Origin: an uncultured delta proteobacterium
GTDB taxonomy: Bacteria; Myxococcota; UBA727; VGSZ01
DNA: 64,000 nt
Assembly: GCA_963775425.1 (NCBI GenBank)
Contig: CAVZJB010000013.1
Location: forward strand, 1 to 64,000
Direction: 5' to 3'
This document shows, in pieces, positions 1 through 9,981 of the stretch. The notes beneath the pieces are model-generated. The model was not told where the DNA came from. It was given only the letters and a program-made list of their open reading frames with translations, and did not search any database. Both the position numbers and the translations under genes were made by a program. How positions within the stretch are numbered: position 1 is the first letter of the stretch; the number at the start of each line of letters is the position of its first letter.

Positions 1-3000
1 GACCGCGGGGGTGACGGAGCCCTTGGCGTGGCGGCCGTTCGGGTCGCCCGCCACGAGCTGCACCGCCTTGCCGAGCTCGAGGCCCTGCACCGGCAGGCGC
101 CAGGCGCCGTTGATGTCGGCTTCCGTGGTGTACGTGTTGTCGCCGACCGTCACCGAGACCGTGCCGAACACCTCGGTGGAGCCCGCAGGCCCGACGAGCA
201 CGAAGCTGTCCTTGCACTGCTTGCTGCCGTCGGCGCGCTCCGTCGTCACGCCGTTGGTCACCAGGAAGGGATCGCGGCTGTCCATGTTCTTGCCGAGCGC
301 GACCTTCTCCGTGCGGTGTGTCTGGTTCCAGATGCGCAGCTCGAAGGACTTGGCGCGGCTGACGACGGCGTCGCTGGTGGCGCCGCCGGCGTCCTTGGAC
401 TGCACCACGATCTGATCGCCGTGGACGAACTTGCTCTCGTCTTCGGTCTGGAAGGAGAACTTGCCGTCCTCGCCGACCTGGATGTTGCCGATGAGCGGAC
501 GCCCCTGCACCGAGCCGTTGAAGATCTCGATGGTGGACAGCGGCTCGCCGATGCCGGCGACCGTCAGCGGGTCGCGGCGCGGGTTGCCCGCGTCCATCAC
601 GCGCGGCTTGATGATCTCGGCGCCGAGCACCACCGGCCGCCTGGGCGCCGGGTTGGTCGCGTCGGGCACGATCTCGTGCGGGCCGCTGTAGAGCTCCGCC
701 ACCGCCTTGTCGAGCTCCTCTTTGCCCCCGGTGAACCACGAGGCGTGCTGGTGGAGCAGCTCGTCGACGAGCATGCGGTGCTGCGCGGTGGGCGCCTTGG
801 TCAGCGCCGCGATGAGGATCTTCACCACGTCCTCGCTGACCGGACGCTGGCTCGTGAGCGCCACGATCTCGGGATCGGCGACGCCCTTGCTCTCCGCCGG
901 CACCTGCCACGCGCGCTGCACGTTGGGCGCCTCGTTGCCCGCGAGGTCCTTGACCTTGAACGTCAACAGGTCGAACGCGTGCACGCCCTTCATCTCGAAG
1001 TCGAAGCCGCCGGCCGCGTCTGCGGTGAACACCTCGACCTTGCCGGTGGAGTGGTTGGTCACCTCGAGCTGCGCGCCCGGGAACGCCGCCGCGTCGGCGT
1101 TGATGTGCAGGAACGGGCCGCCCGCGATGGGCTCGCCCTTGATGCACTTCTGGTACGGCGGGCCGTCGACGTCCTGCAGCAGCTTGGCGGGGTCGAACTT
1201 GAGCGCCTCGGTCCTGAAGCTCGCCGAGCTCACCTGGCCGCCGGTGCCGATCACCGTGGCCTTGAGCGTCTCGCCGGGCGTGTAGCCGCCGACGTCGAGC
1301 TTGAAGCTGCCGTCGTCCTTGACCTTGCACTCGCCGAGCACCTTGCCGTCCTTGCCCTCGAAGCGCACCACGGTGCGCGGCTCGGCCGCGAGCGCCGCGC
1401 CGGTGAACGTCATGAAGGTCTCCGGCTTGCCCTTGGTGGCCAGCGTCTGCTGCGGCGCCACCTTGGACTGGTCGAAGAGCGGCGCCCGCGTGTCCGTGCT
1501 CTCCGGCAGCTCGATGAGCTCGGTGCGGCCGGTGGAGTTCCACACGCGCAGCTCGTACTGGCAGGTCTGCGAGAGCACCTCCTTGGACGACGCGTTGCCC
1601 TGGTCCACGGACTTGATGAGGAGCTGGTCGCCGTGGACGAACTTGCTCTCGTCGCGGTTGGTGAGCGTCCACTCGCCGTCTTCACCGGCCTGCACGCGGC
1701 CGAGCGAGGGCGCGCCGGCGATGCTGGCGTTTCGCACCTCGATCCACGTGAAGGGCTCGGCGGTGCCCGAGACCTCGAGCGGGTCGCGGTGGGCGACGCT
1801 GCCCTGGTCCATCACGCGCGGCTTGATGATGCGCGCGTCGATGACGACGGGCTCCTTGGGCGCGGGGTTGGTGGTGTCCGTGCGGACGTCGTTGTTGCCG
1901 ACGAACAGGCCCGAGACCGCCTTCTGCAGGCGCGCCTTCTCGCTCGCCGGCTGGAACGTGGAGTGATCACCCTGCAGCCACTCCTCGACGAGCCCGCGGT
2001 TGGAGGCGGTGGGGTTGTCGGTGAGCAGCTTGATGGCCTCGTCGACGTGCTCCTTCAAGAGCGTCTGCTGACAGGCGATGTCCGCGAGGCGCGCGGTGGG
2101 CTTGGGCTCGCCGGGCACGATGTAGTTCACCGTGCTGTTGGGCGCCTTGTTGCCCGCCGGGTCCGCGGCGGTGAGCGTGAGCGAGTCGCCGCTGTGGACG
2201 CCGCCGACCTCGACGTCGACGTTGCCGTGCGCGTCGGCCTGCACGTCGGTGGTGTTGCCGGTGGAGTTGTTCTTGATGTGAACCCACGTGAACGGGTCCA
2301 CCGCCGCGTCCTGCTTGAAGTGGAGGAAGGGCCCCTCGGTGCGGGGCCCGCGCTCGCGCTCGAGCGCCTCTTGCTCGCGCTGCTCGCGGGCCTCGATACC
2401 CCTCGACGGCGGCGGCTGCGTCTGCCCCGCGTGCGGGGCGCGCGCGGCGCCGCCGTGGTGGGCGACGCGCACGTAGGGCGCGCCGTCGGTGGTGTCGATG
2501 AGCTTTTGGGGATCGAAGACGAGCGCCTTGGTGCTCACCCGCTGCGTGGCCACCTGGCCGTTGCCGTCGACGACGTTGATGGAGAGCGGCTCACCGGGCT
2601 GGTAGTTGCCCACCTTGAGATCGAAGCTACCGTCGATGCCGGACTTGCACTCGTAGGCCTCACCCAACTTGTTGGTGACGCGCACCACGGCGCCGGGCTC
2701 CGTGGCCATGGCCTGCCCGGTCACCGTGTAGACCTGCTCCTTGCCGTCCTTGGCGATGCCGGGGCGCTCGTGCGCCACCTTCTGCATGTCGAGGAACGGC
2801 GGGCGGGTGTCGGTGTTCTTGTCGAGCTTGACCTTCTCGGTGCGCGGCGGGTTGTGCCAGATGCGCAGCTCGTAGGCGCAGGTGGTGACCACCTTGGCCT
2901 TGGACTCCGCGCCGCCCTGGTCGCGCGTCTTCAGCAGGAGCTGGTCGCCGTGGAGGAACTTGGACTCGTCCCTGAAGCTCACCTTCCAGTCGCCGTTTTT

Positions 3001-5850
3001 GTCGGCCTGGACGGTGGTGAGCACCGGGAAGCCCGGCATGCTCGCGTTCTTGATCTCGACGTTGGCGAAGGGCTCGGCCTTGCCGCGCACCTCGAGCGGG
3101 TCACGGCCGTACTGGTTGCCGCCGTCCATGAAGCGCGGCTTGATGATGTCCGCGTCGAGGACGATGGGCGCCTTGGGCGCGGGGTTCTCGGCGGTGCTGC
3201 GCACGTCGTTGGCGCCGCTGTAGGCCGCCGCGACCGCCTTCTCCAGCCGCTCATGCAGCGCGGGGTCGGCGAAGGCGTCCTTCTTTGCAAGGATGGACTC
3301 GAACACCGCGCGGTTCACCGCGCTCGGCTGCTCCTTGAGGATGCCGAGCAGCGTGTCGACGTCGTCCTTGAGGAACGCGTGCTGGCACTCGAGCTCCTGC
3401 ATCTGGTCGGTGAGGTGCGGCTCCGCCGGGACGATGCTGTTTTCGATGGCGTTGGGCGCGTCGTTGCCGGCGGGATCCTTGACGGAGAACGACAGCGAGT
3501 CGCCGGTATGGACGCCGGGGAGGGTGAACGAGACGTTGCCGTGCTCGTCGGCCTGGACGTCGAGGCTCTTGCCGGTGGAGTTGTTCTTCACCGTGACGAT
3601 CGAGAACGGGTCGACGCAGGCGTCCTTGTTGAAGTCGAGGAACGGCCCGCGGGCGTTGGGGCAGCCGTCGCGGCCGACCACGTGGTAGGGCACGCCCGAC
3701 GACGACGACGCGAGGGACTGATCGAAGGCCAGCGCCTTGGTGGCCTGCCTCTGCTGCGTGGTCTGGCCGTTGAGGTCGATGACCATCAGGCTCAACGTCT
3801 CACCGGGGACGAAGTCGCCGACGGGGAGCTTGAAGCTGCCGTCCTTGGCGGACGTGGCCTCGCAGGTGATGCCCTTCTTGTTCACGACGCGCAAGATCGC
3901 GTTGGGCTCGACGGAGCCGGGGCCGCCCTTGAACGTGTAGACCTGCTCCTTGCTCTTGGCCGTGACGGGCTCGGGCCCGTGCTCGACCTTGTTCATGTCG
4001 ATGAACGGCGCGCGGGTGTCGGCGGCGTGGGGCAGCTCGACGAGGACCTCGCGCGGGTGCTGGCGCCACACCTGCAGCTCGTAGGCGCAGGTCCTGGCCA
4101 GCGCCGACGTCGACGACGCCCCGCCCTGGTCGGTGGCCTTCACGTAGAGCTGATCGCCGTGGAGGAACTTGGACTCGTCGCGGCTGATGAGCTTGAAGTC
4201 GCCGTTCTTGTCGGCCTGGGTGGTGCCGATGACCGGCGAGCCCTGCATCGAGGCGTTCCGGATCTCGACGGTGGCGAACGGCTCCGCCTTGCCCTCGACC
4301 TCGATGGGGTCACGGTTGTACGCCGGGCCCGCGTCCATCATGCGCGGCTTGATGATGCGCGCACCGATGACGATGGGCTCCTTGGGCGCGGGGTTGTCGC
4401 TGTTGGTGCGGACGTTGTTGTCGCCGGCGAAGGCGGCCTGCACCGCCTCGAAGAAGCGCTTGCGGTCGGGGCCGTTGGGGATGCGCTTCTCGGCGACGGC
4501 GCCGTCGCCGAGGTACTCCTTGACGAGGTCGCGGTGCACGCTGTTGGGCGCCGCCTGCAGGAGCTTGACGGCCTCGTCCACCTGCGGGCCGAGCATGGTC
4601 TGGCCGCTGAGGATCTCCTGCAGCCGCATGTTGAAGTTGGGCGCCGACGGCACCGGCCAGTTCTCCACCTGGCCCTGGGCGACGTTGCCCGCGGCGTCCT
4701 TGCAGACGAAGCCGAGGGAGTCGCCGGCGTGCACGCCGCCGATCTCGACGTCGATCTTGCCGTGTTGATCGGCGGTGGCCTCGGTGGTCTTGCCGGTGGT
4801 GTTGTTGGTGATGACGACGGTGCTGCCCGGATCCACGGCCTGATCGAGGGCGAAGCGCAGGAACGGCCCGCCGCGGTCCGGCGCGCCCTCCTTGTTGATG
4901 CGGTCGTAGGGCACGCCCTGCGTGGTGGCGACGAACGCGTTGGGGTCGAACTTGAGCGCGGGGACGCCGAAGCGCTGCGCGGTGACCATGCCGCCGTCGA
5001 CGACCTTGAGCTCGATCTGCGTGCCGGGCTTCACGCCCTTGACGTCGAAGAGGAAGGAGCCGTCGGGCATGGCCTTCGACTTCTGCACCTGGTTGTCGAT
5101 GCTGACCTCGAGGAGGGCCCCCGGCGGCACGCTGTGCGCCTTGCCCCCGAGGACCAGGTGCTGCTCGGGATCCTTCCCGGTGGCGAGGACCGGCGTCCTG
5201 TCGATGAGGTTCGCCTGGACGAAGGGCGCCTCCTGCCGGTCCGCCTTGGACTCGACGTTTTGCCGCTTGTCCTTCCACACCTGGACGTCGACGGACCTGG
5301 GCACGCCGACGACGCCGTCGCTGCGGGCGCCGGTGTGCGGGTTGGTCACGCGCACGCCGAGCTGATCGCCGAAGTAGGCGTTGTCGACGGCGTGGTTGGC
5401 GGGGGCGGCGAAGGCGCCGTCGGGGCCGGCGTCGACGGTGAAGACCACCGGCTCGCCCAGCTTGCTCGCGTTGTAGACCTCGATGCGCGCCCCCGGCTCG
5501 GCCTTGCCCGCGAGGCCGAGGTAGAGGTGGTTTTGCACCGCCGTGCCGTCCATGGACTTCTCGCGCTGGATCTCGAGCTGTCCCACTTTGGGCGGCGCCG
5601 GCCGGCTGTAGGGCGCCGTCTTGGACGGATCCCAGGCGTCGTTGTGGAGCGACCACAGGGCGTCGCGCAGGACCGAGGAGGCCCCGTCGGGGAGCCGCGC
5701 CTCGCCGGCGTCGAGCAGCTTTTGGAGCTCGGCCTGCGCGGTGGCCTTGGGCTCGGCGGACAGCGCCTTCAGGTAGGCGTCGAGGTCCTTCTGGCCGAGG
5801 CGGGCGGTGGTGGACAAAGACGCGAGCGGCGAGGAAACGGGCACGGGCAT
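1..5850 (-). CDS. Giant Ig-like (Big) repeat protein, >=1950 aa, 3' end beyond the window edge
   Basis: Manual translation of large parts of the minus strand from ATG 5850 (or GTG 5844, 6 nt after GGAGG): MPVPVSSPLASLSTTARLGQKDLDAYLKAL...; no stop seen down to base 1; GC3-rich codons; recurring motifs IIKPRxM, GxxEPxxxxEI, FxHGDQ, GPFLxF, KDxAGN. Probably absent from the ORF track because no stop lies in the window. Confidence 0.9.
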   Translation of the reverse strand, partial: MPVPVSSPLASLSTTARLGQKDLDAYLKALSAEPKATAQAELQKLLDAGEARLPDGASSVLRDALWSLHNDAWDPSKTAPYSRPAPPKVGQLEIQREKSMDGTAVQNHLYLGLAGKAEPGARIEVYNASKLGEPVVFTVDAGPDGAFAAPANHAVDNAYFGDQLGVRVTNPHTGARSDGVVGVPRSVDVQVWKDKRQNVESKADRQEAPFVQANLIDRTPVLATGKDPEQHLVLGGKAHSVPPGALLEVSIDNQVQKSKAMPDGSFLFDVKGVKPGTQIELKVVDGGMVTAQRFGVPALKFDPNAFVATTQGVPYDRINKEGAPDRGGPFLRFALDQAVDPGSTVVITNNTTGKTTEATADQHGKIDVEIGGVHAGDSLGFVCKDAAGNVAQGQVENWPVPSAPNFNMRLQEILSGQTMLGPQVDEAVKLLQAAPNSVHRDLVKEYLGDGAVAEKRIPNGPDRKRFFEAVQAAFAGDNNVRTNSDNPAPKEPIVIGARIIKPRMMDAGPAYNRDPIEVEGKAEPFATVEIRNASMQGSPVIGTTQADKNGDFKLISRDESKFLHGDQLYVKATDQGGASSTSALARTCAYELQVWRQHPREVLVELPHAADTRAPFIDMNKVEHGPEPVTAKSKEQVYTFKGGPGSVEPNAILRVVNKKGITCEATSAKDGSFKLPVGDFVPGETLSLMVIDLNGQTTQQRQATKALAFDQSLASSSSGVPYHVVGRDGCPNARGPFLDFNKDACVDPFSIVTVKNNSTGKSLDVQADEHGNVSFTLPGVHTGDSLSFSVKDPAGNDAPNAIENSIVPAEPHLTDQMQELECQHAFLKDDVDTLLGILKEQPSAVNRAVFESILAKKDAFADPALHERLEKAVAAAYSGANDVRSTAENPAPKAPIVLDADIIKPRFMDGGNQYGRDPLEVRGKAEPFANVEIKNASMPGFPVLTTVQADKNGDWKVSFRDESKFLHGDQLLLKTRDQGGAESKAKVVTTCAYELRIWHNPPRTEKVKLDKNTDTRPPFLDMQKVAHERPGIAKDGKEQVYTVTGQAMATEPGAVVRVTNKLGEAYECKSGIDGSFDLKVGNYQPGEPLSINVVDGNGQVATQRVSTKALVFDPQKLIDTTDGAPYVRVAHHGGAARAPHAGQTQPPPSRGIEAREQREQEALERERGPRTEGPFLHFKQDAAVDPFTWVHIKNNSTGNTTDVQADAHGNVDVEVGGVHSGDSLTLTAADPAGNKAPNSTVNYIVPGEPKPTARLADIACQQTLLKEHVDEAIKLLTDNPTASNRGLVEEWLQGDHSTFQPASEKARLQKAVSGLFVGNNDVRTDTTNPAPKEPVVIDARIIKPRVMDQGSVAHRDPLEVSGTAEPFTWIEVRNASIAGAPSLGRVQAGEDGEWTLTNRDESKFVHGDQLLIKSVDQGNASSKEVLSQTCQYELRVWNSTGRTELIELPESTDTRAPLFDQSKVAPQQTLATKGKPETFMTFTGAALAAEPRTVVRFEGKDGKVLGECKVKDDGSFKLDVGGYTPGETLKATVIGTGGQVSSASFRTEALKFDPAKLLQDVDGPPYQKCIKGEPIAGGPFLHINADAAAFPGAQLEVTNHSTGKVEVFTADAAGGFDFEMKGVHAFDLLTFKVKDLAGNEAPNVQRAWQVPAESKGVADPEIVALTSQRPVSEDVVKILIAALTKAPTAQHRMLVDELLHQHASWFTGGKEELDKAVAELYSGPHEIVPDATNPAPRRPVVLGAEIIKPRVMDAGNPRRDPLTVAGIGEPLSTIEIFNGSVQGRPLIGNIQVGEDGKFSFQTEDESKFVHGDQIVVQSKDAGGATSDAVVSRAKSFELRIWNQTHRTEKVALGKNMDSRDPFLVTNGVTTERADGSKQCKDSFVLVGPAGSTEVFGTVSVTVGDNTYTTEADINGAWRLPVQGLELGKAVQLVAGDPNGRHAKGSVTPAV
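602..4356 (-). repeat. Intragenic super-repeat landmarks (period 1209-1317 bp)
   Basis: CGCGGCTTGATGAT (IIKPR on the minus strand) at 602, 1817, 3134 and 4343; spacings 1215/1317/1209 are all multiples of 3. Confidence 0.9.
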
Positions 5851-5921
5851 CCTCCGGGGACAATCAGGCGCCTCTCATAGCGCGGGCGGGCACTGTTTGG
5901 CGCGCGCTGGCGCGGCGGTGT

Positions 5922-7319
5922 GTGAGCGAAGTACCGTCGTTCGCTGTGAAGCCCCGCCTGGGCGAGATCCTCGTGGCCCGCGGCCTCGCACCGCGCGAGA
6001 AGGTGGCCGCCGTGCTCGCGCAGGAGAACGCGGGGCGGCTGGCCTCGGAGCTGTTTCGCCTCGGCGTCGCCAGCGAGCGCGCGCTCGCGCTGGGGCTCGC
6101 CGAGCAGCGCGGACACCCGGCCGTGGTGCTGTCGGAGAGCTCCATCGACCTCGGCGCCCTCGAGCTCGTGCCGCGGGCGATCGCGGAGAAGCACCACTTC
6201 CTGCCCGTCGCCGTCGACGCCGACACCATCACCCTCGCCGCCGCCGACGTCACGCCGCGCCCGATCATCGATCAGCTCGAGTTCGCCACCGGGCGCCGCG
6301 CGCAGCTCCTGCTCGCCGTCGAGAGCGTGATCGCCGAGGCGATCGCGGTGGCGTGGCAGGCGGCGGCGCAGGGCGAGAGCGTCCTCCAGGGCGCCGTCGA
6401 GCGCCCCGAGGGCGCGCCCACGCTCCTGCCGCTGTCCATCGTGCGCCCCCCCGTCTCGCCCGTCGCCGCGCTGCAGGAGCCGCTGCTCCAGCCCGCCACC
6501 GCGCCGCCGGCCGCGCCGCCCGTGATCGTCGAGCGCGACAAGCCCGTGGTGCTCGTCGTCGACGACGACGACGACATCCGGAGCCTGTTGAAGAAGCTCC
6601 TGACCTACGACGGCTACGACGTCGTCGAGTGCAAGACCGGCCGCGAAGCGCTCGAGGCGCTGCGCGGGTTGCGGCCCGCGCTCATCCTGCTCGACGCCAT
6701 GCTCCCCGAGGTGCACGGCTTCGAGATCTGCGCCACCGTGAAGCGCTCCCAGGTGTTCAAAGACACGCCGGTCGTCGTCATCAGCGCCGTCTACCGCGGC
6801 TGGGAGAACGCCAAGACCGCGCAGGAGGGCCACGGCGCGGATGCGTTCGTCGAGAAGCCCTTCGACGTGCACTACCTGCGACAGCTCGTGGCGCGCCTCG
6901 TCGGGCGCCAGCTCCCGAGGAACCAGCTCACGGCGGAGTGGCAGAAGAAGATCCGGTCGCTGCGCGAGGAGGCCGAGGTCCACTACAACCTCTCCGACTT
7001 CGAGAGCTGCGAAGAGGTCGTGAAGCAGTGGCGGGGGCTCGATCCGTTCGACGCCCACCCCTGGCTCCTCCTCGGAAACGCCCGCGCCCGCCTCGGCGAC
7101 AAAGACGGCGCGATGAAGGCCTATGAGCGCGCCTGCACGTTCGACGGCACGCTGTTTCCGGCGTTCAAGAACCTCGCGGTCGTCTACGAGGAGCTCGGCT
7201 TCGTGCAGCGCTCCGCCATGGCCTGGTACCGGGCGTACGAGCTCGCCCCCGACGGGGAGACCCGCCGGTTGATCGAAGAGCATTTGAACGCCCGGGAACA
7301 GGTGCGAGAGTATCGCTAG
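5922..7319 (+). CDS. MshEN/T2SSE_N + receiver + TPR response regulator
   Basis: RLGEILVARGL...RLASELFRLG (MshEN-like), VLVVDDDDD...LLDAMLP...EKPF receiver, C-terminal TPRs. Confidence 0.85.
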   Translation: MSEVPSFAVKPRLGEILVARGLAPREKVAAVLAQENAGRLASELFRLGVASERALALGLAEQRGHPAVVLSESSIDLGALELVPRAIAEKHHFLPVAVDADTITLAAADVTPRPIIDQLEFATGRRAQLLLAVESVIAEAIAVAWQAAAQGESVLQGAVERPEGAPTLLPLSIVRPPVSPVAALQEPLLQPATAPPAAPPVIVERDKPVVLVVDDDDDIRSLLKKLLTYDGYDVVECKTGREALEALRGLRPALILLDAMLPEVHGFEICATVKRSQVFKDTPVVVISAVYRGWENAKTAQEGHGADAFVEKPFDVHYLRQLVARLVGRQLPRNQLTAEWQKKIRSLREEAEVHYNLSDFESCEEVVKQWRGLDPFDAHPWLLLGNARARLGDKDGAMKAYERACTFDGTLFPAFKNLAVVYEELGFVQRSAMAWYRAYELAPDGETRRLIEEHLNAREQVREYR

Positions 7320-7321
7320 AG

Positions 7322-9274
7322 ATGTCGGACCCGGTCACCCTGGCGATCAAGTTCATTCGGCCGGACGGCCTGATCGCCGACGTGCACGCCGATCCGGGCA
7401 AGTCGCTGCTCCTGGGCCGGGATCTCTCGTGCGACGTGCGCCTCGACGGCAGGAAGGTCTCCCGCCGCCACCTGCGCATCGAGAACCGGCCCGACGGCTC
7501 CATCGTCCTGTTCGACAACGGCAGCCACAACGGCACCTTCGTGAACGGCCAGCGCGTCAACGAGGTCAGCCTCATCGAGGGCGACGTCGTGCAGGCCGGG
7601 GAGTGGGAGGGCAAGGTCGAGCTGCGGCCGCGCACGGGATCCACCGCGCGGCAGCCGCCGGGGATGATGCCGGCCATTCACGTCGGCGCCGGCAACGGCA
7701 GCGGCACGCGCACCAATCGCGTGCCGCCCACGCAGTCCGCCAGCGCGTCGACGACGGCGTTTCAGAGCACCGACTCCATGGCGCTCAAGGAGGCGGCCAA
7801 CGTCGACTTCGACTCCGTGACCGACCCGGAGAGCCGCGCCCGGCTCCCCCGGGGCCCGGGCACCATGTCGACGAGCGCGCCGCCGTTTCGGCAGAGCAAC
7901 ACGCCGCCGCCCATCACCACCAAGGTGATGCAGGTGGCGGACTGGAAGTGGGAGGAGTCGGCGCCCTCCACCGAGGCGCTGCGCGTGGCGCGCGTCGAGG
8001 ACAACCCCATCGTCCGGCGCTTCACCGAGAGCCAGGTGAACCTCGACTTCCGCGGGCTCCAGGAGCTGCAGGGCATCGGAGACTCGCCCACGGGGCTCAA
8101 GCCCTCGAGCCCCCACGCCATCGACGGCATCGCGCTGCGCCTGGTCTTCAAGGTCACCGAGGCGCTCGCCAACGCCGACTCCATGGACCACTTCCTCGCC
8201 GAGATGTGCGAGTCGCTGCAGGGCGCGGCGCGGGCCAAGGCCGTCATCGTGCTCCTCCCCGACGAGACCGGCGGCCTCGCCCCGCGCGTCGTGAAGCTGC
8301 GCCGCCCCGACGAGAAGGTGCAGCTGTCGCGCACGGTCATCGAGCACGCCGTGCGCAACCGCTCCGCGCTCACCACCGAGGACGCCGCCGCCGACGAGCG
8401 CTTCGCCCGCGGCGAGAGCGTCCTGCGCTTCGACCTCAAGGCCGTGCTGTGCGCGCCGCTCGTCAAAGAGGAGCAGGTCGTCGGCGCCGTGTACATCACG
8501 CGGGACCTGCCGTTTTCCAACACCGAGCGCGACCTCGTCGCCGCGCTCGGCCAGCTCATCGCCATGGGGCTCGAGCGCGCGCGCCTGCGCGAGCAGTACG
8601 CCGCCGCCGAGCGCACCAAGCAGTCGCTCGAGCGCTTCCACGCGCCCGACGTCGTGCGCCGGCTGATGATGGAGTCGTCGGCGCCGGTGTCCGCCCGCGG
8701 CGACGGCCTCTTCCTCGAGCCGTTGACGTCGACGGTGCTGTTTTGCGACCTCGCCGGCTTCACCAAGTGGTGCGAGGCGCACGACGCGGAGACCGTCGGC
8801 CGCATCCTGAACGCGTACCTCGGGGCCATGACGGAGACGGTGTTCTCCCACGGCGGCACCGTCGACAAATTCATCGGCGACGCCATCATGTGCATCTTCG
8901 GCGCGCCCTTCATGTCGCCCGACGATCCCATCCGCGCCGTGCGCTGCGCGGTCGAGATGCGCCGCACCTTCCGCGCGCTCGTCGAGTCCGGCGAGCACGG
9001 CGCCGCGCGCGGCCTCGACGTGCACATCGGCATCAACACCGGCAAGGTCGTCGCCGGCACCGTCGGCTCGCCACAGCGAATGGAGTACACCGCGCTCGGT
9101 GACACGGTGAACATCGCCGCGCGGCTCGAGGGCGTGGCCAAGGGCGGCCAGATCGTGCTCGGCCCGACGACGGCGGCGCTGGTGCGCGATCACATCACGC
9201 TGCGCTCGCTGGGCCCGGTGGCGCTGAAGGGCAAAAGCGAGAACCTCGAGGCCTTCGAGGTCCCGGATGAGTAG
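7322..9274 (+). CDS. FHA-GAF class III adenylate cyclase
   Basis: FHA (LGR...VSRRH...SHNGTFVNG), GAF (VLCAPL...VGAVY), cyclase motifs FCDLAGFT, DKFIGDAIM, EYTALGDTVNIAARLE; the Lys indicates ATP specificity. Confidence 0.92.
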   Translation: MSDPVTLAIKFIRPDGLIADVHADPGKSLLLGRDLSCDVRLDGRKVSRRHLRIENRPDGSIVLFDNGSHNGTFVNGQRVNEVSLIEGDVVQAGEWEGKVELRPRTGSTARQPPGMMPAIHVGAGNGSGTRTNRVPPTQSASASTTAFQSTDSMALKEAANVDFDSVTDPESRARLPRGPGTMSTSAPPFRQSNTPPPITTKVMQVADWKWEESAPSTEALRVARVEDNPIVRRFTESQVNLDFRGLQELQGIGDSPTGLKPSSPHAIDGIALRLVFKVTEALANADSMDHFLAEMCESLQGAARAKAVIVLLPDETGGLAPRVVKLRRPDEKVQLSRTVIEHAVRNRSALTTEDAAADERFARGESVLRFDLKAVLCAPLVKEEQVVGAVYITRDLPFSNTERDLVAALGQLIAMGLERARLREQYAAAERTKQSLERFHAPDVVRRLMMESSAPVSARGDGLFLEPLTSTVLFCDLAGFTKWCEAHDAETVGRILNAYLGAMTETVFSHGGTVDKFIGDAIMCIFGAPFMSPDDPIRAVRCAVEMRRTFRALVESGEHGAARGLDVHIGINTGKVVAGTVGSPQRMEYTALGDTVNIAARLEGVAKGGQIVLGPTTAALVRDHITLRSLGPVALKGKSENLEAFEVPDE

Positions 9275-9974
9275 CCCGCGCGGCGGGCCCTCTCCCTCGC
9301 GGGCGCTCGCCGCGCTCGCCGCGCTCGCCGCGCTCACCGCCTGCCCGGCCGCGCCGGCGCCCGACACCTGCGCCACCGCCGCCGACTGCGACGCCGGCCA
9401 GTCGTGCCTCGACGGCGCCTGCCACGACGCCGGCGGCGAGGGCGAGGGCGAGGGCGAGGGCGAGGGCGAGGGGGACGGCGCCTGTCACGACGCGAGCGAA
9501 TGCACCGGCGGCGGCTTCTGCGTCTCCCCCGACGACCCGCAGCAGTGCGGGGTCCCGCCGCCGCCCGACGCGTGCCACGGGGACGACGACTGCGCCGCGG
9601 GGAGCGTGTGCGACTTCGTCGTCGACGGCTGCACCAGCGGCCTGCGCTGCGTGCCCCCGTGCGGCCTCGAGCCGACGTGCGCGCCGGGGGCGCAATGCGA
9701 CTGCGCCGCCGGTCAGATCTGCGACGAGGGCGGCCGCTGCGTCGCCCCCTCGTGCCAGCAAGGCTTCCTCTGTCCGTCGTGGACCTCGTGCGGCGCTGCG
9801 CCGCCCGATCCGCTCACCGACGACAGCCACCACGGGTGCGTCGCACTGCCGTGCAACGAGGACCTGGATTGCCCCACGCCCGTCGGCGGCTTCGTCGCCG
9901 TGCAGCCGCAAGGCTTCTGCGTGAACAACGCCTGCGCCGCCGGCCCTGGGCAGTGCAAGCTCGCTGTGCCATAG
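9267..9974 (+). CDS. Cys-rich lipoprotein with (GE)6 linker
   Basis: Lipobox LTAC, repeated CxxxxDC motifs, GGCGAG x6 at 9435-9470; overlaps the cyclase stop. Confidence 0.8.
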   Translation: MSSPRGGPSPSRALAALAALAALTACPAAPAPDTCATAADCDAGQSCLDGACHDAGGEGEGEGEGEGEGDGACHDASECTGGGFCVSPDDPQQCGVPPPPDACHGDDDCAAGSVCDFVVDGCTSGLRCVPPCGLEPTCAPGAQCDCAAGQICDEGGRCVAPSCQQGFLCPSWTSCGAAPPDPLTDDSHHGCVALPCNEDLDCPTPVGGFVAVQPQGFCVNNACAAGPGQCKLAVP

Positions 9975-9981
9975 CGACCGC

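Noticed and set aside
28-5880. 1950-aa plus-strand ORF in the track
   Set aside because: Exact antisense register of the real minus-strand gene; its V/L/R/G-rich composition and lack of motifs are typical of a high-GC shadow ORF.
7316-9376. 686-aa minus-strand ORF (and similar long ORFs at 20073-22157, 29451-31415, 32006-33925, 47295-50321, 52049-55099, 56729-59212)
   Set aside because: Antisense shadows of genes with clear family motifs on the other strand.
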